Part shown: positions 19,072-32,082 of the stretch, piece by piece
Layout of the letters: every line of letters begins with the position of its first letter
Numbering within the stretch: the stretch's first letter is position 1
IMG/VR virus record: IMGVR_UViG_3300032220_001630
Location: 1 to 64,000 of that record
Length of the DNA stretch: 64,000 nt
Reading direction: 5' to 3' (one strand)
Origin: a virus
Notes under the pieces: model-generated
Seen by the model: the letters and a program-made list of their open reading frames with translations, nothing else
Databases searched by the model: none
What the model was told of the DNA's origin: nothing
Program-made: the position numbers and the translations under genes

Positions 19072-19539
19072 ATGAATAGCAAAATTATTATAGTAGGATC
19101 TGGTGGATCAGGGAAGGATTTTCTAAGAAAAAAATTCACTTCTAAAGGATTCACGTATGGAATATCTTTCACATCTAGACCCCCAAGGGTAGATGAAAAG
19201 GAAGGTGTCGATTACTTTTTCAGAGATAAAGATTTCTTCGAATTGAATAAAGAAATATTTCTAGAGATCCAAGAATTTAATGGATGGTACTATGGAATAT
19301 CTAAAGGGGAATTTGAAGAAAAGAACCTATTTATACTTAGCCCTGCAGGATTAAAATCCCTTCCTAAAGAATATAGGGATAGAAGTATGGTGATCTATTT
19401 AGATCCACCATTAAGCCTAAGAGCGGAAAGATTAATGGAGAGAAGCGATGCAGATTCCATGGAAAGAAGAATATTAGCAGATAAGGAGGACTTTTTTGAA
19501 TTTTCCGACTATGATATGATAATAAAAAACATTTTTTAA
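19072..19539 (+). CDS. gmk: Guanylate kinase-like protein
   Basis: GSGGSGKD, TSRPPR..E.EGVDYFF, WYYG; ATG at 19072 preferred over TTG at 19015. Confidence 0.85.
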   Translation: MNSKIIIVGSGGSGKDFLRKKFTSKGFTYGISFTSRPPRVDEKEGVDYFFRDKDFFELNKEIFLEIQEFNGWYYGISKGEFEEKNLFILSPAGLKSLPKEYRDRSMVIYLDPPLSLRAERLMERSDADSMERRILADKEDFFEFSDYDMIIKNIF

Positions 19540-20673
19540 ATGATAACGGTTTGTATAGACGGTAACTACCTTTTCCATAAGACCTTCGGTATATTTTCGG
19601 GTTTCGGAAGCAAAAGTCCGGGTGATGTACTATCATCAGAAGCAGAGAGAAATATGTTTCTCAGAAAAGTAATAACAGATCTATGTTATTCATTAAATCA
19701 GATACCAGACATCAGCAGAGTAATTTTTTGTAAGGATTCTAAATCATGGAGAAAAGATTACAAGATAACAAGGAGCGTCTACAAGGAAAGCAGGATTAAG
19801 GGTGAAGGTGTTGATTGGGGTTCTTTCTTTAAGCTCATGGAAGAATTTGGAGAATTTCTAGAAGAAAATGGCTATATCTATAGTAGATACGGAGGAGCTG
19901 AAGGGGATGATCTTATTTGGGCTTGGTGTGATTATTTAAGAGACAAAGATGATTCAGTGATAGTTATAAGTGGCGATAAGGATATGCACCAATTAGTATC
20001 TTATTCAGATAAAAGTTGGATAGGAATTTGGAACAGCAATTCTAAAAATAACCGATTTATAGTATCTGATGATTGGGAGATGAAGAAAGAAGAAGAAATA
20101 AGCATATTTGATGTTAATCCCTCTTCAGGCTCTAATGATTCAAAAATTGATAAATTCATATCATCTTGTATTGTTGAAAAAATCCCAACTAAAGAATTCA
20201 TCTTTAAGAAAATATTAATGGGGGATAAAAAAGATGATGTCCCAGGAGTATTCCCCCATTTAACAAAAACAGGAAAGACCTCAAATATTGCTGAAGGCAA
20301 AGCACAAAAAATATGGGATTTATACAAAGATTCTCCGTGGGAAAAATATGCTATGGAAGATTTATGGATGAATAACGAATTTTTAGGATGGTTAGCAGGA
20401 CTTTCTTTAAGATTGATAGGACAAACAGACAATTCTGAAAATCGGGACAAATTTAAGCAGTTTTACGAAGAAAACGCAAGACTCGTATGGCTGAATGAAA
20501 AATCTATCCCTGAGGATATGTCAAGAGGTCTAAAAGAGCATGTACAATTTTTAGATTTAAAACCTAGATTGATCAGTCCTTTAATAGAGAAGAAAACAAT
20601 GATTGAAAAATCCCCATGGGCTAAGGATACTACGCCTCCTAAGGGATATGACCCTTTTGATTTATTTAATTGA
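19540..20673 (+). CDS. rnh: RNase H / 5'-3' flap exonuclease (T4 rnh-like)
   Basis: IDGN, SWRK, YK..R, EGDD, SGDKD..QL, GDKKDDVP. Confidence 0.9.
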   Translation: MITVCIDGNYLFHKTFGIFSGFGSKSPGDVLSSEAERNMFLRKVITDLCYSLNQIPDISRVIFCKDSKSWRKDYKITRSVYKESRIKGEGVDWGSFFKLMEEFGEFLEENGYIYSRYGGAEGDDLIWAWCDYLRDKDDSVIVISGDKDMHQLVSYSDKSWIGIWNSNSKNNRFIVSDDWEMKKEEEISIFDVNPSSGSNDSKIDKFISSCIVEKIPTKEFIFKKILMGDKKDDVPGVFPHLTKTGKTSNIAEGKAQKIWDLYKDSPWEKYAMEDLWMNNEFLGWLAGLSLRLIGQTDNSENRDKFKQFYEENARLVWLNEKSIPEDMSRGLKEHVQFLDLKPRLISPLIEKKTMIEKSPWAKDTTPPKGYDPFDLFN

Positions 20674-21074
20674 TGAATAATCCTTTCGACATATTAAAAG
20701 CTTTCCACACTAAAGATTGGGAAAAAATTAATGATAGAGATAAATCTAGAAATCTTTTTATGATTAATAGAATTTGCTCTATAGCTTATCCCGTTCAAGC
20801 TAATTCGTTTAATCATATAAAGATACAGCCAGAAAAGGTTGTGGATTTCTGGAAAATATTTATTACTCACCACAATAAAAAAACCCCTCAATGGGTTTGG
20901 ACAAAAACTATTAAGACTGAAAAGGAAAAGGAAGATAACAAATATAAAGAAGAGATATTAGATTTCATAAAAAATAAGTATGAAATATCAGATCGAGAAA
21001 TAAAAGAAATGATGGATTTCTTTCCACAAAAATTTAAAATCTTCTATAAAGAAATAGAATCCCTATTGAGTTAA
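20673..21074 (+). CDS. gp62: Clamp loader small subunit (T4 gp62-like)
   Basis: 'NPFD', 'FMINR..S', 'W.K', 'IKNKYEIS'; size and context fit. Confidence 0.55.
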   Translation: MNNPFDILKAFHTKDWEKINDRDKSRNLFMINRICSIAYPVQANSFNHIKIQPEKVVDFWKIFITHHNKKTPQWVWTKTIKTEKEKEDNKYKEEILDFIKNKYEISDREIKEMMDFFPQKFKIFYKEIESLLS

Positions 21075-21082
21075 GATGATAG

Positions 21083-21118
21083 TTCATGTCCGGATATATA
21101 AAGCAAAATACCTCTGGA

Positions 21119-21123
<5 letters not shown>
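21083..21123 (+). promoter_or_regulatory. Late promoter embedded in a start-occluding hairpin
   Basis: GATATATA at 21093; TTCAT-g-TCCGGA can pair with TCTGGA-ATGAA, covering ATG 21119. Confidence 0.55.
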
Positions 21124-24649
<3,526 letters not shown>

Positions 24650-24658
24650 TAAAGGAAA

Positions 24659-25207
24659 ATGGTAATTTCAGAAAAAAATAAGGTTCTAATAAATAGGGTA
24701 TTAGACACTATAGATTGGGACTTAATTTATAAGTTTTATAAATTGGTTGGAAGAAGCGTTGGTAACGAAACAACGCAAATCCCAGGCATTAAAAAATTAG
24801 CCAAGGGAATTAAATTAGACCAATCTCACATTAGGGAAGAAGTAAATTTTGTGGTTAACCATATTGTTGAAAATGATCTATCTCAATTTATGTACGGTCC
24901 TTGGAATGTAGTTTGGGTAAACGGTGAATGGGAGATGGAAATGCCTGAGATAGACGAAAACGGAAACGAGGTACAAGGAGGGGAATCTACTTTTATTCCT
25001 ATTTTAGAATCAATACTAGAGGTTCATTTTTCTCCAATGGTTGTTATCTCTAAAGAGATGGTGATGGATCCAGATGAGGAAGAAATCATAGAAACGCAAG
25101 AAACCATAAGCCTTTCAAAGCAACTAGAAAAAGCATTAGAGGAAGAAAATTATGAACTAGCTTCAAAAATCAGAGATCTGATTGATATGTATAAGAAAAA
25201 GAAATGA
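24659..25207 (+). CDS. Hypothetical protein with C-terminal UVR (UvrB/C) motif
   Basis: 'LSKQLEKALEEENYELASKIRDLI'. Confidence 0.7.
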   Translation: MVISEKNKVLINRVLDTIDWDLIYKFYKLVGRSVGNETTQIPGIKKLAKGIKLDQSHIREEVNFVVNHIVENDLSQFMYGPWNVVWVNGEWEMEMPEIDENGNEVQGGESTFIPILESILEVHFSPMVVISKEMVMDPDEEEIIETQETISLSKQLEKALEEENYELASKIRDLIDMYKKKK

Positions 25208-26082
25208 AAAAACCTATAATAAAATCACTCGACGAGTTCTATTCACAAACACTAACAGGAGATAGCTTTAATAGCTCTAATGGAGTTTTTAAAGTGGATT
25301 ACAAACCGTTTTCTGATCTTTCAATTAGTGTTGGTAGAGATCCTGATCCTAGTATTCTAATAAAAGATTCAAGGTTCCAGGTTGGTGATTTTGTTAAAGG
25401 AAACGTACAAGGAAAAAAGAAGAAAATTATAGGTGAGGTAATTGAAGTATCTAAATCAGAGGACGGAAAATTTTACATTATAAAGATACAAGCAGAGAGA
25501 GATAAAAAATCTTATACACTTATTCCAGGTTCGATCGAATTTGTAGAAGATAGAGGAAACTCTACTAACATTATGGGAATGAATGTTACTGCTAGAGAGA
25601 AAATGGCTCAAAATGCAAAGTATAGTGGAGGAAACGTAGTATGGGGTTCTCTAGAAAGTGAAAACCGAAACATTCTTCCTCTAAATCCTGAAAATGATAA
25701 TCCTGTAGAAGGTCCCTTCGGTACTGGGTGGAAAATAAAATTTGTTGACGAACTACCAGAAGGAACTCCTGTATTTAATTCATTAATTCCAGATAACAAA
25801 GAAAAGATCATCTTTTCTTTAATGAATGATGATACAGACCACTTAAAGAACCTATTAAAGGCAGCTGAAGCTTATTTTTTTATTACTAATCATGACGAAC
25901 TAAAAGAAGACCCAATTGACCTAAAAACATTGATGTCAATTATTTTTTTAGAAATAAAAAATGAATTAGAGCCTAAAAAGATTTTAATTAAACATTTTCC
26001 GGAATCAACTGGAAGATCGTATGGTGAATGTAGAGACCAACATCTCGAAAAGGCAAAATCTATGATTAACAGATTCCTATAA
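25204..26082 (+). CDS. Hypothetical protein with SH3-like segment
   Basis: 'FQVGDFVKG...IGEVIEV'; N-terminal 'IKSLDEF' motif. Confidence 0.6.
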   Translation: MKKPIIKSLDEFYSQTLTGDSFNSSNGVFKVDYKPFSDLSISVGRDPDPSILIKDSRFQVGDFVKGNVQGKKKKIIGEVIEVSKSEDGKFYIIKIQAERDKKSYTLIPGSIEFVEDRGNSTNIMGMNVTAREKMAQNAKYSGGNVVWGSLESENRNILPLNPENDNPVEGPFGTGWKIKFVDELPEGTPVFNSLIPDNKEKIIFSLMNDDTDHLKNLLKAAEAYFFITNHDELKEDPIDLKTLMSIIFLEIKNELEPKKILIKHFPESTGRSYGECRDQHLEKAKSMINRFL

Positions 26083-26891
26083 TGTCAATAGAAAGAAAAA
26101 GAGATCTTCTAAGAATTAGTAGAGAAAAGTCAAGGAATCCTAATTTTAATGGTTATTTTCCTACCCCTAAACCTGCACAGCAGGAAACATTTTTTAATAA
26201 CTTAGATAATAAAAGAGTGAACACAGAACCTTCTAGCACAAGGATTAAAACAAATCCAAAAAGTCAATATCTAGGAAAAAATCTATATCCTGATTACATA
26301 GGAAAATATAAAGACGAAACTTTCATAATAGCTGGGTGCGGATCATCGCTAAATGTGTATGCGGGAGAAGATTTCAGTAAATATTATATAATTGGTGTTA
26401 ACGACATAGAAAGAATTTTAACACCTGATTTTTTAGTAGTGGTAAATGAGATTAGAACATTTATGAGAGGAAGATGGGAGTTTGTAAGGGATTCTCTCAG
26501 TCCTGTCATTTTTTCGCATCTAGATGATCCAGGACCAATTAACCGTAAAGCACATCTGGCTAAAATTAAAATCGGTCAAAGAAACCAAGCCAGACTGGAT
26601 CAATTCCAAGAAGTTGATCACACAATGAATTCCCCCTATATGGCAGCCATAATAGCTTATCAATTAGGAGCTAAAAAAATAGGTATGCTTGGTGTGGATT
26701 TTACAAACAATCATTTCTTTTCTGAAACTGGCACTCATAAATTATCTAGGCACATAGTAAGCATAGATTCAGAGTATATGCTATTAAGAAATGAATTGGA
26801 GAGAAGAGGTGTAAAAGTTGCTAATTTATCCCCTATTAGTCAATTAGAAGCTTGGCCTAAAATGAGCTTAGCAGATTTCGACTCTTTATAA
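26082..26891 (+). CDS. Maf/DUF115-like putative sugar transferase
   Basis: 'IIAGCGSSL', 'IGVN', 'AYQLGAKKIGMLGVDF', 'V.NLS..S.L'. Confidence 0.6.
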   Translation: MSIERKRDLLRISREKSRNPNFNGYFPTPKPAQQETFFNNLDNKRVNTEPSSTRIKTNPKSQYLGKNLYPDYIGKYKDETFIIAGCGSSLNVYAGEDFSKYYIIGVNDIERILTPDFLVVVNEIRTFMRGRWEFVRDSLSPVIFSHLDDPGPINRKAHLAKIKIGQRNQARLDQFQEVDHTMNSPYMAAIIAYQLGAKKIGMLGVDFTNNHFFSETGTHKLSRHIVSIDSEYMLLRNELERRGVKVANLSPISQLEAWPKMSLADFDSL

Positions 26892-26918
26892 GAAACTTAT
26901 CTGTTAAATCCAATAAAA
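26892..26918 (+). promoter_or_regulatory. Candidate middle promoter
   Basis: GAAACTTA..TAAAA upstream of 26924. Confidence 0.55.
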
Positions 26919-26923
26919 ATGAT

Positions 26924-27673
26924 ATGGATTTAACAAGAAACGGAATAGTGATCAGATTACCATTAGTCTCTAGAGAAACCCTATTGGCTAGAAAAATCTG
27001 CGATCAAATAAAAAATTATATTCCCCTCGGATATAAAATGTTCGTAGTAGAGATTTCTGAAAAAGACGTAGATCTTAATCTAGAAGTTTTTCCTTCAGAA
27101 AAAGAAAGATTTTTTTATTTTTTAGATGATCTTGGAATTAGAATAGCTTTCTATATAAAGAGCAAAAACCATGTGGTTTCTACAGATCTAGAGTCAAGAA
27201 AAAAAGCTAAAAGTGAGATTTCTAAAATTGGTAACCTAATAGATGAAATTGACGGTGGAAAATTTGATATCCCCTTAATATGTCACGTTGGTGGTGCTAA
27301 AGGAAACAGAAGAAAAAGCATGCTTGAATTCTGTAAATTTTTTGACAGCCTTCCATGGAAAGCACAAAAGAGAGTTTGCTTAATTAATGATGAAAAACCT
27401 AGCTTATTTTCGGTAAAAGATCTTTTGTCTGTTACCTACATAGAAAAGAAAATTCCGATTGTTTTTAGAACATCATCTCACAGAACTAACCAAGGTGGAT
27501 TGACGTACAAAGAGAGTTTTTTCCTTGCTGCCTCAACTTGGGCAGAAAGAGATAATCCTATAATGTTTTATTGTCCTGCAACACAAGAAGAAACAGTAAC
27601 TGTTAAGGATTTGAATCCTTATAATTTAGTTGTTGATGTTGCTTTTGATAATTATTTGCCAGAGCCAAAATAA
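26924..27673 (+). CDS. uvsE: UV-damage endonuclease UvsE-like protein, degenerate active site
   Basis: 'HVGG..G.....F...F..LP....KR..L.NDEK..FSV.DLL...IPIVF' follows the UvsE C-terminal half. Confidence 0.6.
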   Translation: MDLTRNGIVIRLPLVSRETLLARKICDQIKNYIPLGYKMFVVEISEKDVDLNLEVFPSEKERFFYFLDDLGIRIAFYIKSKNHVVSTDLESRKKAKSEISKIGNLIDEIDGGKFDIPLICHVGGAKGNRRKSMLEFCKFFDSLPWKAQKRVCLINDEKPSLFSVKDLLSVTYIEKKIPIVFRTSSHRTNQGGLTYKESFFLAASTWAERDNPIMFYCPATQEETVTVKDLNPYNLVVDVAFDNYLPEPK

Positions 27674-27675
27674 TG

Positions 27676-27942
27676 TTACCAACCAACATAGCCCTTAGGT
27701 TTTCTTTCCTTAGTTACGGCTTGACTTGTTTTTTCATTTGCTTTAACGAGAGAATCAAGATCTTTAACGAAGTATCTTGTTTGACCAGGCATTCCCCATT
27801 TCCCGTTGGAAGTAATATCAATAAAATCGTAATTGGTAAGATGCTTAGTCTCAACAGGATTATTTGGTATTTGAGTGTCGTTTCTAGAAGACTTTTCAAA
27901 TTCGTTTCTAGAACTAATGTTTTTGTAACCGTATTTTTCCAT
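27676..27942 (-). CDS. Hypothetical protein
   Basis: ATG start with minus-strand GATATATA at 27952-27959. Confidence 0.65.
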   Translation of the reverse strand: MEKYGYKNISSRNEFEKSSRNDTQIPNNPVETKHLTNYDFIDITSNGKWGMPGQTRYFVKDLDSLVKANEKTSQAVTKERKPKGYVGW

Positions 27943-27959
27943 AATTAAAATTATATATC

Positions 27960-28664
27960 ATGATCCCAAAAAGTTTAATTGAAACCTACAACTTTATAGA
28001 CATCGAAACAGTTGGCTTATATCCAACTTTAGCTGAGTGTAGAAATAATGATCCACATTTAGCAGATCTTTGGATAAAAAGATGTAAATGGCTCCAAAAA
28101 AATATCGAAGCAGGTGAATCTTCAGATCCTGAAGATCTATGGTTAAACCGATCATCCCTACACCCAGAATTTGGCAAGATAGTATGTGTATCATTTGGTG
28201 TATTTTCTAGCGATCTTTCACTCGAAAGAATGAATAGCTTTTACGGGGACGACGAAAAAGAAGTTCTAGAAAAAACAAACAAGATATTGGCTAATTCTAG
28301 AACTAAAGGATTTAAAATAGCGGGGCAAAACATCAAGAACTTTGATATCCCATACCTAGGAAAAAGAATGTTAATCAATGGAATTACACCAGATCCTATT
28401 ATACAAACATGGAATAAAAAACCATGGGAGACTTCTTTTGTAGATCTAGCAGAGATATTTTCATTTGGAGCATGGGGACAAACATTTTCTTCTTTAGATC
28501 TGGTTTCTCACGTTTTAGGGGTTCCTACATCAAAAGATAATCTAGACGGATCAAAGGTCCATAACCATTTTTGGAATAAAGATGGAGGATTAGAGGAAAT
28601 TAAAAATTACTGCGAACAAGACGTTTATTGTACAATGAATTGTTTTAAAAGAATATCTTCATAA
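27960..28664 (+). CDS. Stand-alone PolB-related 3'-5' exonuclease (DnaQ-like)
   Basis: DIET, 'HPEFGKIVCVS', NIKNFDIPY, YCEQDV. Confidence 0.88.
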   Translation: MIPKSLIETYNFIDIETVGLYPTLAECRNNDPHLADLWIKRCKWLQKNIEAGESSDPEDLWLNRSSLHPEFGKIVCVSFGVFSSDLSLERMNSFYGDDEKEVLEKTNKILANSRTKGFKIAGQNIKNFDIPYLGKRMLINGITPDPIIQTWNKKPWETSFVDLAEIFSFGAWGQTFSSLDLVSHVLGVPTSKDNLDGSKVHNHFWNKDGGLEEIKNYCEQDVYCTMNCFKRISS

Positions 28665-28675
28665 TCTTTAAAAAG

Positions 28676-28711
28676 AATCTGGATATATAATTGGCTTAAT
28701 ATCCAGATTTG
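28676..28711 (+). promoter_or_regulatory. Late promoter inside a perfect 11-bp inverted repeat covering the initiation region
   Basis: AATCTGGATAT (28676-28686)/ATATCCAGATT (28699-28709); GATATATA at 28682; TTG start at 28709. Confidence 0.7.
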
Positions 28712-29464
28712 AAAAATGTTTTAAAATTTACCGATTGGATCTTAGAAAACGAAGAAAGAAATGATTTCTATAAAAAGGAATTAAACCCATCTTTCTGGAA
28801 GGATTCTAACTTTGATCCACACATAAGAGAAAAGCTTTTAAAAATAGCTAAAGACTTTTATAGTGCTTTAAAATTAACAGCACCTATAAAAGATATCCAA
28901 TTAACAGGTTCGTTGGCCAATTATAATTGGACAGATAAATCCGACCTAGATGTACACGTCCTTATAGATTTTGAGGACATAGATGATAATAAAGATCTAG
29001 TAAAAAAGGCTTTAGACGGACTAAGATTCATTTGGAATTTAAGACACAAGATAGTTTTAAGAGATCACGACGTAGAGCTTTATATACAAGATGTAAAGGA
29101 ACCTCACGTTGCGTCGGGATTATTTTCATTGATGAATAATGAATGGATCAGAGTACCTAAGTACAATCCTCCCGAAATAGACTACAAAGACGTAGATAAA
29201 AAATTCCAAGGTTTAGTTTCTGAAATCCAAGAGATGGAGAATCTTATGGGTACAGCAGATTTTTCTTCTGTTTCTAAAGAAGAATTATACTCCTATGCAG
29301 AAAAACTCAAAAAGAAGATCCTTGAAATGAGAAGAGAAGGATTAGCAAGAGATGGTGAATTTTCCGTTGAGAATCTAGTCTTTAAAAAATTAAGGAATGA
29401 AGGATATATAGAAAAGATAATAGAGATAATCTCTAAAGCATATACAAATATCTACAATGAATAA
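28709..29464 (+). CDS. Pol-beta-superfamily nucleotidyltransferase
   Basis: GSLANYNW..SDLDVH and third acidic 'VELY'; 'GEFSVENLVFKKLR'. Confidence 0.8.
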   Translation: MKNVLKFTDWILENEERNDFYKKELNPSFWKDSNFDPHIREKLLKIAKDFYSALKLTAPIKDIQLTGSLANYNWTDKSDLDVHVLIDFEDIDDNKDLVKKALDGLRFIWNLRHKIVLRDHDVELYIQDVKEPHVASGLFSLMNNEWIRVPKYNPPEIDYKDVDKKFQGLVSEIQEMENLMGTADFSSVSKEELYSYAEKLKKKILEMRREGLARDGEFSVENLVFKKLRNEGYIEKIIEIISKAYTNIYNE

Positions 29465-32060
29465 GAACATGAACGACTTGTACAAAGGTATAAACCCAAT
29501 TTACGAAAGTATGAAATCCTCAATCATGGAGGATAAAGAAAAAGGAACAGACAAGAAAGCAAAAGCCCTTGATACTGTTTCTCTTGTATCTACAGCCATG
29601 AATACTTTCTTTTCCATCCTTTTAAATTCAAAGATGGAAAATGCTAAAACGGTAAGAGGATTCCAAGAGATTAAAAACAAAATATTAGGAACTAACAATT
29701 TTGGTGCGTTCAGACAATATTTAATTTCTGTAGTAGATTCTTTAGCTGCTATGGATCCTTCACAAAAAGATGCTTACCAAAAAAATATTCAGTTCATTAC
29801 TGGTTTATTAGCAAATGTAGAGCCTCTTTTATCTGATCCAAAAATATTTGATAGCTTAAAGAAAGATACAGTTTCTAAACTAGTAAGCAACTTCGAAAAC
29901 GATCTAAAGGAAAGAGAATCTCAAATGAGAAAAACTAATCCAAAATTATTTGGTGAAGTTGTTAAGCAAGGTTTAGTTGTTAAGGAAGCTAAAAGAACAG
30001 GTGAAGAAGACAACGTAGAAGATGCAGAGTTTAGAGGTAAAGCTTTTAATAAATCCAAAGAATCATTAGATGCTTCTAGTGCTTTTGTAGGTATGATCGA
30101 TAGAGATTCATACGTTGCAGTTCTTAAAGATAACGAGGACGTAAAAAGATATAAAGAAATTGCTCAGAATCTTTACAAAAGAGCTCAAGATCTACAAATG
30201 CTAGACAGAAAGGGATTACTAAATATAGTAACACCTTCAGGAGAATATAAAAGAAAAGATTACGTAAGACAGCAAGATTCATTATTAAATGACATCATAA
30301 GACAAAAGAAAGAATACGAAAGAATTAAGGAAGGTATTCTAAAACAAGGAGGATTAACACCTCCCCCACCAGTTATTCCAGTTTGTCCTCCTGGAAAAAT
30401 ATACGATCCATCTAAAGGAATTTGTGTAAGCTCAGGAGAAACACAAGCAACAGGAGGAACCTCCGGAGGCGAAGGAGACAACAAACCAAAACCAAAAACT
30501 TCAGATTGCACATTCCCTATTTCTCTAAATACTAAATGTGCACAAGTAGGAGATATACAAAATAAATTGATGGAAGTTATTCCTTCAGTTAAAGAGTATC
30601 TTCCAAAGAAAGGTGGAGCGGATAAGGTTTACGGAAAAGGAACTGCAACTGTATCTAATATAGTTTGGGGTTACCTTTCAGGAAATACTGGACAATCTAT
30701 AACATCTCCTCTATCTAAGGAAATGTATGACGCTATCATGGCTTTAACGCCTAATGATATCGACACAACAACTGCAATGATGGCAGGAGCAGCTATTAAA
30801 GATAGCAAAAACTGGGAAATGTCAATCAGCGACAAAATACAGGAAAGAGAAGAGATTAAAGGATCTCCTATCTTATCTTTCGAAGACTTTTATTCAGTAA
30901 TAGAAGAATCCTATAACTTCGCAAAAATTGACGAGGATTCAGTATTTGATAGATTAAAAAAAGTAGCAGAGCCAGTTACAGATGTTAACAAAAAAGTAGA
31001 ACCTGCTACAACTCCATCAGGTAAGAAATTAATAGATTCTTGTATTAAAGATTCTATTGCACAAGGTAAGGTTCTTCCTTGCGTTGGTGCTACAGGAGGT
31101 ACAGGAGGTACAGGTGGTACAGGTGGTACTGGAGGTACTGGAGGTACTGGAGGTACTGGAGGTACTGGAGGTACAGGTGGTACAGGTGACGTTAAATGGA
31201 AAGGTTTAAAGCCAGTTAAAGACGGAGCTTATACAGTATACTATGATGAAAGTTGGTCAGAATGGTGGAGTGATACAGGTAAAGGAGTTATAGTAGCTGG
31301 ATTAATCGTAGGTGCTATAGTTGCTACCGCAGGAGCAGCAAGTATTGCAGTTCCAGTAGGAGGTACATTAATAGGAGCATCCTCATTAGGAGCATCTGGA
31401 TTAGCAGGAGCTGGTGCAGCTGCAGCAGGATTAGTTACAACTGGAGCAGGTGGAATCGTATTAGCTACAGGAGCTATAGGAGGTTCTGCAATAGCAAAAT
31501 GGGCAGGTGATGATAGAAAACCTGCTACAATCTTAGTATTTAACGGATATATTGAAAGCGTGGCTGTTAAAGCAATGGCTAGAGGATTATACAATAGCTT
31601 AACTGGTACAGTTTCATCACAAGATCTTTTAGCTATCTTCTCTACATTAATTCTTTGTAGAGGAACTTATACAGAAGGTCCAGATGGTAAAGCAATTTCA
31701 GTATGGGAAAAAGTTAAGAAGGATTACTCTGCATTCGGAGGTGAAGATCTATCTTATGATATCAAGGATATCACTAGTGGAGGTGTTGGTGGATTCTTTA
31801 AAGACGTAGTTACAGATATGGACGAAATTCCAGGATTCCCTACTAGCTTTAAAACTAAAGATCCAACAAACGGAGGTCCTACAACATTCGAATCAGCAAA
31901 AGATGCTTGCGACGAAGCAGTAGGTAAACTTAATGGCAACGTAACTAAAATGGCAGAAAATCTGCAAAATATTACAGAAGAAGATTTAGAGGTTCTTTCA
32001 GAAAGTATGGGTGAACTCACAGAAGGGGTAGCTAAAGAAGCAGGGGAATCTGAAGAGTAA
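29457..32060 (+). CDS. Large probable internal virion/ejection protein with Gly-zipper hydrophobic segment
   Basis: 867 aa; GATATATA at 29403; (TGG)n linker; about 70-aa G/A-rich hydrophobic stretch; internal 'ILSFEDF' motif. Confidence 0.55.
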   Translation: MNKNMNDLYKGINPIYESMKSSIMEDKEKGTDKKAKALDTVSLVSTAMNTFFSILLNSKMENAKTVRGFQEIKNKILGTNNFGAFRQYLISVVDSLAAMDPSQKDAYQKNIQFITGLLANVEPLLSDPKIFDSLKKDTVSKLVSNFENDLKERESQMRKTNPKLFGEVVKQGLVVKEAKRTGEEDNVEDAEFRGKAFNKSKESLDASSAFVGMIDRDSYVAVLKDNEDVKRYKEIAQNLYKRAQDLQMLDRKGLLNIVTPSGEYKRKDYVRQQDSLLNDIIRQKKEYERIKEGILKQGGLTPPPPVIPVCPPGKIYDPSKGICVSSGETQATGGTSGGEGDNKPKPKTSDCTFPISLNTKCAQVGDIQNKLMEVIPSVKEYLPKKGGADKVYGKGTATVSNIVWGYLSGNTGQSITSPLSKEMYDAIMALTPNDIDTTTAMMAGAAIKDSKNWEMSISDKIQEREEIKGSPILSFEDFYSVIEESYNFAKIDEDSVFDRLKKVAEPVTDVNKKVEPATTPSGKKLIDSCIKDSIAQGKVLPCVGATGGTGGTGGTGGTGGTGGTGGTGGTGGTGGTGDVKWKGLKPVKDGAYTVYYDESWSEWWSDTGKGVIVAGLIVGAIVATAGAASIAVPVGGTLIGASSLGASGLAGAGAAAAGLVTTGAGGIVLATGAIGGSAIAKWAGDDRKPATILVFNGYIESVAVKAMARGLYNSLTGTVSSQDLLAIFSTLILCRGTYTEGPDGKAISVWEKVKKDYSAFGGEDLSYDIKDITSGGVGGFFKDVVTDMDEIPGFPTSFKTKDPTNGGPTTFESAKDACDEAVGKLNGNVTKMAENLQNITEEDLEVLSESMGELTEGVAKEAGESEE
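31092..31187 (+). repeat. 9-bp tandem repeat encoding (TGG)n
   Basis: ACA/T-GGA/T-GGT units. Confidence 0.85.
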
Positions 32061-32062
32061 TA

Positions 32063-32070
32063 GATATATA
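32063..32070 (+). promoter_or_regulatory. Candidate late promoter
   Basis: GATATATA 12 nt before the protease ATG. Confidence 0.65.
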
Positions 32071-32082
32071 AAAAAATAAAAA

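Noticed and set aside
27673-27948. Plus-strand 91-aa and 61-aa ORFs
   Set aside because: The minus-strand ORF has a more protein-like composition and a strand-matched promoter motif
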